Part shown: piece by piece, positions 23,960 to 35,711 of the stretch | Layout of the letters: the number at the start of each line of letters is the position of its first letter | Position numbering within the stretch: position 1 is the stretch's first letter | From: Anthoceros angustus | Lineage: Eukaryota; Plantae; Anthocerotophyta | Assembly: GCA_010909165.1 (NCBI GenBank) | Contig: MU008240.1 | Span: 1-49,750, forward strand | Direction of reading: 5' to 3' | Length of the DNA stretch: 49,750 nt | Position numbers and translations under genes: made by a program | Notes under the pieces: model-generated | The model's input: only the letters and a program-made list of their open reading frames with translations | Told to the model about the DNA's origin: nothing | Databases searched by the model: none

Positions 23960-24835
23960 TCCGCTAAACAACCGTCATCATGTTCACGCCAAATGCTTGC
24001 CCAAGCAGACATTCCTTCTGGCCACTCCCTTGTCTCTGTCGATCAAATCCATGGCCAACTCCTCGTGGTGTTGGCTCTCCCAAGGCCTCGCCATGTCTCC
24101 ACCACAACGGGGGCCATGGTTCTGGCGTAAGACTTGGACTTAGACACAAAGGTTGGCCAAGCCGCCATGGGGTGTCCAGTGTTCCAGTGGAAGTGCCTTG
24201 TCACCTTGATGACTTGTTGGGCATGCCTTCATGCTAGCACATCCTTGACAACATGATTAGGTCGCTTGGTGAACGACAAGACACTTCAAATGTTCCAAGG
24301 GAGCAAGGTTAGTCCACATGGACCTCAACCTATGAGCCCTCGAACCAAATTGAGTGCATCCAATAGAAGCTCCCGACCCAACACTCCTCGGATCGTGGCA
24401 AAGTCCTGAACTTGCTTCTTCACGCTCATGCCGGGCACATTCTCCAACATGTATCCACAAGGCCTTTCTTGCCCTTTCCGGATCAAGCGCAAGATCCTCA
24501 TCGTCATAGAACAATGTGCGTGGATCCTTGACCTTGACCCTTGCCCAGAGGATAGTCCTTGACACTCCCAACCCCGCGATGACAAGGTCCACCGGCTTGC
24601 CCAAGACAACTCAAATGGGACAACCCTATCATGCGAACATCCATCGGCGCCTTCCGGTAACCCTTCACCGACTCCCACGCCGGAGGTTAGGTACTCCCCA
24701 TCAAGTCTCTTACGCTCTGACACAATCCTTGCTTTTGGATCCGGGTCACAATGCACGATCTTCGCACTTTGATGCCACACTTTAGCACCGCCCAAGCCGA
24801 TCGATGCCTCCAAAGAGTTCCACGAGCACTATGCC
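23960..24835 (-). pseudogene. C5 cytosine DNA methyltransferase domain (DNMT3/DRM-like catalytic fold, non-permuted motif order) inside Gypsy pol
   Basis: Reassembled across 1-bp frameshifts: I VLVELFGGI (24803-24829); II VHCDPDPKAR; III PMDVR; IV PVDLVIAG-WECQGLS (Cys 24562-24564); V KDPRT.LFYD; VI YMLENVP (24436-24444); VIII QFGSRAHRLRSMWTNL (~24306-24350); IX EPTP.EELAM; X LLGQAFGVNMM (~23979-24008). Confidence 0.9.
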
Positions 24836-25199
24836 GCCTTCCGAGGTCGCCATGTGATGACTGGTGTTTAGGTCACAAACAGCTCAACCCTAGGCAAGAA
24901 CTTACAGCCTCCGCTCATAGGGCACCGGGTCCTCTTGCACCATCCTCCATGCCTTTTGCACGGCTCATTGCTGCAGTCACCACCCGGTGACTTGAAGAAC
25001 CTCCGAGGGTGGTTGCAACCCTAGCTTGTTTTCCTCCTCGCCGAAATCCTCCATCGTATGTTGTTAGACGCACAAGAGGTTCAAGCACGTATGGCGTGTC
25101 CTTCACTACGCCAAACACCGGGTAGACGCTGCTGGCAATGAGGTTCTCATGATCCTTGCCATGCAGAGAGGGATGCGGGCAATCCGCTACTCTGCTCAG

Positions 25200-25560
25200 C
25201 CTTCTCCACTGGGTCGATAGTAGACTGCCTCCGCCCACAAATCCACCATGACCTGTGTTTGTACAAAGCCCGCTCCCAAAGAAGACATCAAAAGTGTCTC
25301 GTGACTGACTGCAAAGGTACCTCGACAAAGGTGAAGTCTGCTTCTTGGTTTGAATGAAACCTTCAGCTTGTACCTTGTCACCCCAACACATGCTCCGTGG
25401 TCCCATGGGTCCGGATCTTCCACTTGGTTTCCTTCAACCTTTCTTGGTGGAGACCCAACGCCTTCCTTCACTCTTCTTCCAACGATCACCCGTGCTCTTG
25501 TCAATCAACACCTCCTTGGTGCGAATCCATTGATTTCAATGTGCCTCCCGATTGTTGACC
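25200..25560 (-). pseudogene. Aspartic protease domain
   Basis: IEINGFAPRRCLID (Asp codon 25500-25502) then, after a frameshift, GARVIVG...LLMSSLGAGFVQTQVMVDLWAEAVYYRP. Confidence 0.65.
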
Positions 25561-25910
25561 AAAGCCACTCCCACTGCAAAGATTCCGCGAGATGCTTGGC
25601 TCGAGGTCAAGAATGACATCATTGCCACTGCACATTGTCGACACTTGCTTCGCCTTCAAGGGTTGTCAACATCCGCCGAGTCAAACCCCTCGACTTCCTT
25701 CACGCCAACCCCATGTCTTGTAGGTCAAACATGGCATCTCCGAAGCTTTTGTGCCATCGCTCCGAACTGCATGGGTTTCTCCACATCGCCCACACTGACT
25801 TTGATGTTGCTCCCACATTGCTCGCTGGCAATGGCTCAAACGACTTTGGCATCTTGGCATAGGTTCGGAAGAGGATCCCAAGCTTCCTTCCGTGTCTTCC
25901 GACACCGGTG

Positions 25911-27200
25911 TCAAGACATCCTCTTCTTCCTCCGAGCTATCTTCTCTCGTAGCCGCCAGAGGTTTCTTCCCTTGCCCCTTGATCCGGTCACCGCCATGTA
26001 TCCAAGCTTGTGCTCATCTTCTTCGCCCCTCCGATGATGAACCGCCGCTCTCCTTGATCTTCGCCCGCACCAACTTCCAGTTTGCAAGGCGCACGAGCCG
26101 CCCATCGCCTTCTTTGATGCTTCCCGCTTTTGTCCACGGACTTCGCCTCCTCCACTCGCGCCTTTGCTCTTCGATTTTGTGGATGAGGTTGACGCAGATG
26201 CATTGGCCGGGGTTGTTGCCGATAACCCGAGGCCGCAATTCGGATGCTTCTCCCAACATGCCGCTTCATTGTGCCCTGCACTCCCACACCTAGGGCATGG
26301 CCTCACCCTTGACTCAATGCATGCTCGCACTCATGAGGGAATGGTCCGTCCTCGGCACCTCACGCAGGGGCTCACTCACTTGGGTGGGCGGCTTGTCTCG
26401 CCGAGCTCCTCCACTGACCTCCGCTCATGTCGCCCACCACCTACTTGTGCCGGAGTAATCACTTGCAAAGACGAGAAAGTGTCACGGGCCCTATCTTGCC
26501 CATCTCGTACACTTCCTTGAGGTGTAGCTTTCTTGCACGCTGTTTGTTGCATGCCTTCAGGCATATGGCAATGCCTGCAAGTATTTCTCGCAGCCTCGGT
26601 CACTCATGATCTTGGTGTCACGCACTAACCGGTCGATTCTTCGATAAGCCATCTTCAGCCTCGCCGACTTCATCTTGAAGTGTGTCACCGAGATCTTCTC
26701 ATCCGTGCTTGCGAAACTCCACCGAAGATGTCAAACATCTCTTCGATGGGATCGTGCCCACTTGCCACCGCCTCCGTCACCGGTTCCTTCGGAGCTTGAA
26801 TCGCTACTCATCGGTCCTCCACCGCTCAACAACGCCTTTTGGCGATAGCACGCCAATGCTTCATCCCCAAGTACTGACATTTGGATGATCGCTGTATCCG
26901 GCCTTCAATTCCATCTCCGCACACACCGCACTGCATTTCTCGATGAAGTCCTCCTGGCAAGCAGCCCGCCCGTGAACAACTCCATTCGATCCTTGTCTCC
27001 TCCCATCTTGACGACTCCAAGAGACAAGTCCTCCTCGCCGCTACCGAGTTGTCCGGCAAAGACTAACGTGTCTTGTGTGTTGCCACCATGATCCTTCAAA
27101 GATTGTTGATTGTGTCGCTGGGTTCCTCCGCCCTTCTGGTACCAAAATCGAGGTGTCGCACTTCTCCTCTTGGTGGACTTCACCGCCTCGATGGACTTGG
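25911..27200 (-). pseudogene. Gypsy gag with CCHC zinc knuckle (26256-26297)
   Basis: PCPRCGSAGHNEAACWEKHP = CX2CX4HX4C in ORF 25911-26330. Confidence 0.8.
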
Positions 27201-27379
27201 TTGGTAGCTCCGTCCGGATCGAGTGTGTGCATGCACTGTGTTAGTGGCTAGATCAAACCCTTAATCAAGGTTAACACACCCGCTATCTTAGATCGTGATT
27301 AGTGAAACCTCTAAGTATCTATGCATGTTAAAATCGCATAGAAATACTGCAGGCTACATTTCAAAAATGTGAGCTGGGT

Positions 27380-27830
27380 GAGTTGGATAGCAAAGGCAGG
27401 AACTCAGAGCATTGGGTGGATCAAGTATGGGGTGCCACACTGGAGTTTTGGACAGAAAGTGAAATCACATGGACGATGACATACCCATGTTCATCCGCTT
27501 CCCCTTATCCCTTGAATCCGGGGCCCAAGAGTAAAATACTTGTTTCTCCCTTGGTTGGCCTTAAAAGGCCAGCCCCTTGTGGAGGCCTCATTCCTCCCTT
27601 GGTAGGGGCTTCGCCCGCCTCCTCCTTGGCTTGGCCTTGGCCTCCTCCCTGGCCTTGGGCTTGGGCTTCCTCTCTCCTTGGCCTTGACTTGGGCTTCTTC
27701 GCCTCTCCTTGGCCTTGACTGGGCTTCTTCCTCCCTCGGCCTTGGCTTGGGCTTCTCCTCCCTCCTTCGCCTCACTTGGTCCCCTCTAGGCCTCAAGCCT
27801 GGGCACACTTAGAGTCCCTGCCTACTTGCT
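27380..27830 (-). mobile_element. Low-complexity R/P/E/K-rich gag-like fragment with possible decayed zinc knuckle
   Basis: ORF 27491-27808 (RREEKPKPRPREEEAQ repeats), followed by C..PC...FCPKL-like residues. Confidence 0.35.
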
Positions 27831-27855
27831 TAAAGAGCGAGCCGCCTCACAGAGC

Positions 27856-27961
27856 CTCGCCTAGCGCAAGATCGCCCAGCATCGCCTAGCACCTAGCATC
27901 GCCTAGCTCACCCAAGCATCGCCTAGCATCGCCTAGCATCGCCTAGCACACCAAGCCTAGC
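27856..27961. repeat. Tandem CATCGCCTAG (10-mer) repeats
   Basis: At least five exact and several degenerate copies. Confidence 0.85.
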
Positions 27962-27993
27962 ACGCCTATCTAGCCACACACGAGATCATAGCT

Positions 27994-28584
27994 TGAACAA
28001 CAGGAGGAGTAGCTCGTGCGGCACAAACACACCTCCCAGAACAACACGCAAATTCCTCACACATCGCCTCCTGAGTCATAGCTTTGGCCTCCTCACAACG
28101 CTCAGATCATATCTAGAGGACAAGCTATGATCCGAGCTTCTCAATGGAAGGGTCTATATATACTAGACTCGCAAGATATTCCTAAGATATCCTATCAAAG
28201 ATACGGAAATATCCTAAGAATACACTATAATATGCAAGGAATATGCCAAAGCATATTACCGAGCTTATCCACTTAGCTATTGTATCCTAAGAATACACTA
28301 TAATATGCAAGGAATATGCCAAAGCATATTACTTGAGCTTATCCACTTAGCTATTGCTAACCATGTTTAATTAACACTAATCAATGCTTAATATAAGCAT
28401 TAGATTAATTAACACTAATCAATGCTTAATTAGCATAAGCACATTAGATTAATTAACACTAATCAATGCTTAATTAGCATAAGCACCTTAGATTAATTAA
28501 CACTAATTACTTACTTAAAGATAAGTAATTAGATTAACTAATGCTAATCAAACACTAAACCCAAGTGCATAGATTAGTATCACA
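27994..28584 (-). mobile_element. LTR 'Y' copy 2 (TG...CA termini)
   Basis: Minus strand TGTGATAC...TGTTGTTCA; homologous to 20225-20829; no TSD or standard PBS seen. Confidence 0.8.
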
Positions 28585-29267
28585 CGGCATGACACCTCCA
28601 CACAAATCACATTTGACATCTATCGCTTTCTATCTTTGCGGCTCACAGCATATCGCGTTCAAGGAAGTAGGATGCCCATGTACCGTTTTCGCCCTTGCTG
28701 CGCACGTACCATATTTAGAGCATGCCTCTCAACCATGACCCCACCGTCATGAGGGAAAACAAGGCCGGGCAAACTTACAAGACGTTTGTTCACCCAGTAT
28801 GACTTAATAATAAGTATAGATTTAAACCTTTAGCGCCTAGAAAGGAAGATTAGTGATTAGTCTTTTTCAATTCCGATATTTAGAGGATGGGAGAAAATTT
28901 CTTGGTGTGCGATAGAGTGGGCTGTTTAGAACTTTGGAGGGAATTCGTAGCCCCAAACGCAGCCTGTTAGGAGGAGTGGGTTGCTAGTGCTTAAAGTATT
29001 GGCTTGGGGTGCTAGTGCTGCCAGCATTGGCATAGGTTGCTTGACAAGGGTTGCTGGAGGATGTTTGTGATATCAAAGAACCTTTGAGTGTATCCTTGGC
29101 TACACTTTATTTAGATTCACTAATCTTTGTATTCTTGTTAACTCACCATAGAAGTGTCACTATAAAATAATACCTTATATGAAGAGAGAAAAGGGGTAAC
29201 CTCCTCTATTTGTCATGTGGGTGCCTAGGCACTAGTCTGGTGCCTAATGGACCAAGCTACAGGCAAT

Positions 29268-29369
29268 TGAAGTCTCCACCTTGCTTAGAACATAGATGTC
29301 TTGTGGAGCATGTGCCTCCATTCCGCTCCTTTCAGGCCTCTCTTGGTGAAACACTGCAGTGAATAGGCC
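29268..29369 (-). repeat. Degenerate tandem copy of the 3' part of YUC exon 4
   Basis: Matches 29401-29497 (TGAAGTCTCCA...CTCTCTTGGTGAAAC...GTGAATAGGCC); translates [14 protein letters not shown]...SKVETS. Confidence 0.85.
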
Positions 29370-29394
29370 AATTCAACTATGAAATGGAGACTTT

Positions 29395-31351
29395 CTAGAA
29401 TGAAGTCTCCAGCTTGCTCAGATGCTCTGCGATACACCGTGCGTCCATTCCTGCTCCCTTGAGACCTCTCTTGGTGAAACCTGCGGTGAATAGGCCTCTG
29501 TCCCCTTTCCAGTTATGAGGGAAAGATAAATTTGGAATTCCATCGGATCAAATGTTGAGTCATCCCAGTATCATACATGCATATAACAAGATAAGGTTAC
29601 CAAATGATCACGTTTGAAATATTTGATGAAACATAAAACATATCAATTGCAACAAAATTTATTTGTTCAGGTTTCACACTAATAGATAAAAAAATTTGAA
29701 TGTGCAGACCAACAATGCCAACAAAACTCATTCCGTAAATTTCACATCCCAGACCCTGAGTACAGAAGTTAGGACATCCCAGGCCTGAGCAAAGGAGTTA
29801 AAACACCCCAGGCCCGAGCACATAGGTTAAAAATCCAAGGCCCTGAGCTCACAAGCAAACTATATTACTCCAACAAGTTAGCGCAAAATTACCCGAAGCC
29901 AATTGGGCACGTTGCTTCTAAACCCAGTAGCAAAGATGATACAGTCGAATTCTCGGAAAGAACCATCATCAAAGATCGCTCCTGTCGCAGTGATTTCGTT
30001 CACACCTTTCACGACCTTGCAGGAAGTAGTCAAGGAGTCAACACAAAAGCTGAATGCAAATGCCTCGTCTCGAGGCGGCATCATACACCTATTGTAATTC
30101 AACCTGCCAAGATACAGACAGAATTGCAGGCAGGCACGATCTCGAGCAGAAGGCTGCATCAGCAGGCAGGCCTGTATGCGTAGAGTAATGCCAATACACC
30201 AGGTACACTTTGAACATCAAAAGTTACCGTGATATGGCCGGTTTGAATCATCTTGAGTGTGCCAACATCCAGAACAGGAGTGATGCCCTCCTTGTCCTTG
30301 CGCTCAAGAGGCCCCAGCGAGGGCCTCGGGATGCCCCACTTAGCTGTGTCTCCCATCACGAAACGGGCATACAGAAGCAGCAGCATGTCGGTGTATCGAT
30401 AGGACAGGTAACGCAAGAGTGTGGTAGCCACCACAAAAGTTGAGATCCCAAACATCTCCCGAGGGAGAACGTGCATCTGCAGCACATGAACAAGATCAAC
30501 ATATTACCAATGAGATCTTTGTCATGATCGTCAGGGAATTCAAAGGTGACAAGAGATGAAGAGAGACAATGAAGAGAGGCAAGTGTTGCAAAGCAGCAAT
30601 TTGGGAGTGCATCAAATACAGAGTAGCTCACCGGGCTCCGCACAACGAGGCTCGTTCGGGCGCCATGTTGCGCCAGGTCCAGCGACACTTCGAACCCGGA
30701 GTTTCCACTGCCCACCACTAGCACCTTCTTGCCAGACCACTCCCGGCCGTTGCGGTACTGACTGCTGTGGAGCGCTCTCCCACAAAACACAGGTATGCCT
30801 GCAATTGATGGGGTGACTGGATCCGCATTCTCTCCTGTTGCGACCACCAGCCATCTCGTGAGATAAACAGATCTTTTCCATTTTGGATGGATGCCGGTGT
30901 TGGCGACTTCGCATGAGGACGTCACAACTCGCCACATCTGGATACTCTCCAGGTATGATGCGTCAACGACGCTGTGGTTAAACAGCGGGCGGATGGCAAA
31001 TTCCTCAGCGTAATGTTCCAAGTAAGCTTGGAACTGCTTACGCGATGGGTAGGCGGGGTAATCCGCAGGGAACTTCATATAAGGAAGCTCTGAGTGGTCC
31101 TTGGGTATGTGGAGGTGAAGACGGTCGTACGTCTTATTCTTCCAGAGCGAGCCGACGCAGTCAGCCCGCTCTAGGATCATATAGGGTATTCCGCGCTGCG
31201 TCAGGCACGCAGCCGTGGCCAGTCCGGCAGGGCCGGCTCCCACAATGACGGCACCCCGCACAAAGGTAGCCCCACGCGTCACGGATTCAAGCTGGAAATC
31301 CCGTGGAGCAAAGCCATAGGGTCCATCAGCTCTGGCAGCAGAAGAAGCCAT
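29395..31351 (-). CDS. YUC: YUCCA flavin-containing monooxygenase (indole-3-pyruvate monooxygenase), ~420 aa. Exons 30632-31351, 30228-30476, 29893-30015, 29395-29564
   Basis: GAGPAG (FAD), [26 protein letters not shown] (FMO motif), GSGNSG (NADPH), [37 protein letters not shown]. Phase-0 introns at conserved YUC positions (GT..AG for introns 1 and 2). Exon 4 as assembled has a GG acceptor and a 1-nt deletion. Alternative upstream ATG at 31393. Confidence 0.95.
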
Positions 31352-31770
31352 TGTCACAAACCTGTCAACAAGCAAGACCCACTGTAAGAACATACTTGGC
31401 GACCAAGCTAGCTCTCACTCAAGCTATTCACGTTGTGGAGTCAGGATCTGAGAAACAGCTCTCCACCAATGTGTGAGGCTGCCCAGATCTATCCTTAGCT
31501 CCAGCTAGGAGCAGAAGCTACCTACAGCTACAGCAATCAGACACAGCAGCAATGTCAAGTTTGGAAGTTGGAGGCACATGCTACCACTAGCTTTCGCGCG
31601 TTACTGATGAAAGATGAGAGATTTTGGAAGCCTCTCTTCACAGAGAGCATGACCGAAGAGAGGTTTCCCAGGTCACTCCTTGCCTCAACCGAGGCGCAAC
31701 AGCGTCATGCACAGCAGAAAATCAAAGGTTGTAGGGTCGCTTTTGATGATGATCACCTACACGCAGTCTA

Positions 31771-32020
31771 CGAAGTCGCCTCTAGAGAGCAGAGGTGCTA
31801 AGAATGAGCTTTGCGACCCACCACCAGAGCGGAACAGCGGAACCGGGCAGACGGCAACGAGGAGGCAGTGGGGCAGCTAGGGGAGGAGACGAGGTCGCCG
31901 CTACAGAGCAGAGGTGCGAAGCACGAACTTTGCCACGCTCACCACCAGATGGTGGCACCACCAGATCGGAACTGGGCAGACGGCAATGAGGAGGCTCGAG
32001 GCAGCCCCAGCTAGGGGAGG
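31771..32020 (+). repeat. ~120-130 bp imperfect tandem duplication upstream of YUC, in a decayed ORF
   Basis: AGAGCAGAGGTGC...CACCACCAGA...GGGCAGACGGCAA.GAGGAGG...CAGCTAGGGGAGG occurs twice. Confidence 0.8.
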
Positions 32021-32362
32021 CGAGGGGAGGAGAGGAGAGGAGAGGAGACGAATGCGCAGCCAACTGGCTCTCTTAAGAACGTGGCAATGAGGCCGCGCTG
32101 AGGTCAGGAAACCCGCCTCGTACCGCTAACCTGAAATATGTAAATATGTAAGAACGGACAAGTGGACACCCCGGACACACCCAGCTCATCCTTGTCCCAT
32201 AACCATTAAAACTAATGCTACACACTTACATATATAGCCTTCATCATGTTTTTATCTTTTATTTTTATTATATATTTATCAAATTTATTTAACACTTTTG
32301 ACTTGACAAGTTGATACTAGGAGCGACTACATGGTCGATATTTGGGGAAACAAAAAATTGCA

Positions 32363-32486
32363 GATATCATGAAAACAACGCTAATAGTGCAGAAGCCTCA
32401 TATGTACTTAACCTTGGCTTTCAGGTGATATCATGAAAACAATGCTAATAGTGCAAAAGCCTCATATGTACTTAACCTTGGCTTTC
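32363..32486 (+). repeat. 60-bp tandem duplication (period 64)
   Basis: GATATCATGAAAACAA.GCTAATAGTGCA.AAGCCTCATATGTACTTAACCTTGGCTTTC twice. Confidence 0.92.
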
Positions 32487-35116
32487 TGACAAAAGGATTG
32501 TGCGGAAACATAAATCCAATCATGTAGACAATGTAGGTACTTTTTAACCGGGGTCTCACGAGGGCCTATGTACCACACTGTGAAATCTAAGCGCGTACAT
32601 AATTCTTTTGCTTGCCGCCACACTTTGGTCCTTTGGGCAACATGATTGTGCTAAAGTCTAACTTGTACCTATGTATGTACTTTTGAATCCAATTGTACAA
32701 GACGCAGGCAATCTAACTTTCAAACAGATCTATATCGCCTAGTCAGCGGATCTATGTACTAGTGCGGCATATTTATGTACTTTCGCTAGTGCGACAGATC
32801 TATGTACTTTCGTTAGTGCGGCACTTTGATGGCGGGGAACGAGAATGAAATATGTACATATTGTAAGTACTATACATAGGTATATTTCGGTTGTACGTCT
32901 TACATGTAAGGATTTACCAGAGTATGATATGTACTAAGTACATATATGCGCCACCGTGACAAGTTGCTACCGGAAATATATACAATAGCGTGTCGTATGT
33001 AGACACTTTTCAAGTTTGGTTGTACAAGTCTTGTGTACAAGGGTATGCTACACTTTGATATGTGCCGCCGCCGCCGCTTCACTGTGGCGGCGGACCGGAA
33101 TCAAAAGGGTTTTGAAGAAAACACTCCTATTTGTACGTATCTTTTCGAGAGAAGATTATACACAACATTCTAAGAGTTCCTAAAATTACATATGTTCCAA
33201 ATAGTTTTCTTATGTTGGCATGTAGGAATAAAGTTTATTATATATGTATATGTATCGAATATAATATATATATGAAAAGACCTAAAATTTAAATAGCTTT
33301 AATTACTGTATATTGCTGATGTGAATATTATTTTAGGAGAATTTGATTTAAAACTAAGATCGAGCAAGTTTTGCTTGGAGTGGTCGGATCATTGCAACCG
33401 CCGATGACCCATCCAAATGTGCAAAGAAGAAGCGGCTCTTTCATAGTGTTTCGGAGCGGTGCAGGCTACGGTGCCACCGCAAACCGTGCTGAATCGGGTC
33501 CAGGAAGATTTGGCTAAGATGACATCCAATACGCAGGGGATTGTGGTTTGCGGTTTGGAATGGCACGAGGACCATTCTTCCCGGTGCTGGAGGGACAGGA
33601 TCAGGGGAAAAGGTTCCAGCTCTGTCGCTGCGGCTGGGCTATCCCAAAGCCCACAATTGGATCAGCGCAGCGAGAGCAGCAACGAGGAAGTCTTTCGACT
33701 TCCAGTATATTGCTGTATACTCGGCACACGGATACTTCGTATTCTTATAAACCTAGCCCAGGTGTTTGTCACTGGGCTGGCCGACAACAAGTGTCCTACC
33801 AGAGGGCAAAGAAAGGCGCTGAGACGAGAGCTGTGATTTTGCAGTGAGCTGCCCGGGCCCAGGGTGTGCTGAAGCCCTGGGTGAAGGCGACGGCACCTCA
33901 CCCGCCGCCCCTTCAAGTACCTAGGGCCTGCTCCACGGCCCAGGCCAGGCCTACCATAATTCTCTCAACTCCTGAAGTTTGTATGCTAGCTGGACGCAAG
34001 CGACCGAGAACTTGAAAGGAGGAAACTCCGGCGAAGCGGGGCAGTGAGACTGCCAGGCAACGGCATGCCAGGATGAGCACGAGGTTGCTATCGCCCATGG
34101 CCCGCGTGCGCTCGCTCACAAATTGGCGAGCAGCCGAGGAGTTGACGTTATTCGCAGGTCCCACACGCCAACCTGCAAGCGTAACGGCATTTCACCGTCG
34201 CATGGGCGGATTGCGACGCTCGCACTTATGTGCACATTCTGTCACTGGCATGCTGGTACTGCCACCTCACGGCGGCTCCGGTCCCGCCCACTTAATGCTT
34301 CTGCAGGCTCCAGGGCGCAATTCAATCAAGTTTGCGAGCGAGTTGGAACCAGTTCCGGACCCGGATTCCCCGGGCCACCTTGAATCCTCTGCGATTGTGG
34401 CCAATCAGAGGAAGCCGCTGCACCGATGCCGGCCCGGCCCCGCGGGCTGCCAGATTGGTGTCCTTTGAAGCGGCAGCACGAATTCATGAACAGTGGACCC
34501 ACAGGGAGCAGTGGCATCGGAAACAGCTCATCGGCCGGCCTAGCCTTCAGACCGCCCACAGGGCGGCGCCCAGTACTGCAGTTGTAGGTGAGGTCAATTG
34601 GCAGTAGTAGCCGAGTGACATTCCCCAGCTCTGCAGCCAGTGGCGTAAGACGCCGTAAGTCCTGGCTGGCTCTGGGCCAGTGGCAATCAGCAGCATCAGG
34701 GTGCACGGCTCATGCAGCAGCAGCAGTTAAACAGTCCGAAGGGCGCCAGTGTTGGTAGGTGTTTGTAGGTGGGTACCCTACGGTACAATGGTATCAGTGG
34801 GGTTGCTGACCATGGATTGTGATCCACTCCAGGGCCAGGCTGCGGCTCCATGTTTCCAATTTTGAGACAGCCTAGGCTAGCTTCATCTCTGTAGTTGGCT
34901 GTTGACAGCAGCGAGCCAAGAGACTGGATATTCGTGAACCAGAACTTTCCAACACGGCAATTGAGGACTCCGCATTGGACATGTATACATACCAATTAAG
35001 TGTTCCAAATAAGTGCAGGGTTCTTACAAGTAGATAATGCAAGCACCGTTGCAGCCATGGATGCCAGCTCGCTCTATCCTTGAGTCACGCATCGAAGCCG
35101 CGCATCCTTGACACGA

Positions 35117-35226
35117 GAATAGATGTGCGACCAGCAGGATGGATGCCCAAAGAAAACCCTAGGCCTGTATATGCGGGAATAGATGGGTGCCCAGCAAGAT
35201 GGATGTCCATAGAAAACCCTAGGCCT
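35117..35226 (+). repeat. ~50-bp tandem duplication (period 60)
   Basis: GAATAGATG...CCAGCA.GATGGATG.CCA.AGAAAACCCTAGGCCT twice. Confidence 0.88.
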
Positions 35227-35711
35227 CTATACCCCAAGGGGGATAAGGTTTTGGGCACCCCTCCGACGAAAAGGTTTTTTTTAACAGAAGGTAAAATTTC
35301 AACATGTATCAAAATAATTTTAGAGTTTTTCTAATTAAAAATATAATATTTTTATTAAATTAGATAAAATTAAGTGCTTAATACCTATATGGGCCTTATT
35401 TTTCTTCAATAGATAAGACCTATATATTATTAGTTTATATTTTACAGTTTTAAAATCTTATTTGTATAAATTAAATTAATAAACTATTCAAAAACTCAAC
35501 AAAGTGTTTAGGTCTAGAAGACTACCTACTTCTAAGTCTCTTCAAAACATTGTCATTCTTGGGCATACTTGCTTACCAAAGATGGCTAACACTAAGCAAC
35601 CATTGATTATGTCCAAATAGGTGTGTAAAAAAAGAGCAGTACTAAGAAACCAAAGCATTTCCAACAATTGCCAATGCTTCAATTTTACGCCCCAAGCCAC
35701 TCAAAAAGCTA

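Larger units (their letters stand above)
20140..27240 (-). mobile_element. Ty3/Gypsy retrotransposon with polyprotein gag-CCHC-PR-DNMT-RT-RNaseH-INT-PHD (frameshifted; own 5' LTR not identified)
   Basis: All domains in one orientation and in Gypsy order (see sub-features); PPT AGGGGGGGA at 20934-20942 just after the PHD stop codon. Confidence 0.9.

Noticed and set aside
28620-28700. KGENG...AAKI on the minus strand as a candidate YUC exon 4
   Set aside because: A far better exon 4 ([17 protein letters not shown]) lies at 29395-29564; this match has stops and no proper context.
32560-33120. TATGTACT / GCCGCCAC motif-rich block as a MITE or Helitron end
   Set aside because: No matching TIR pair, TSD or clear Helitron terminus could be defined.
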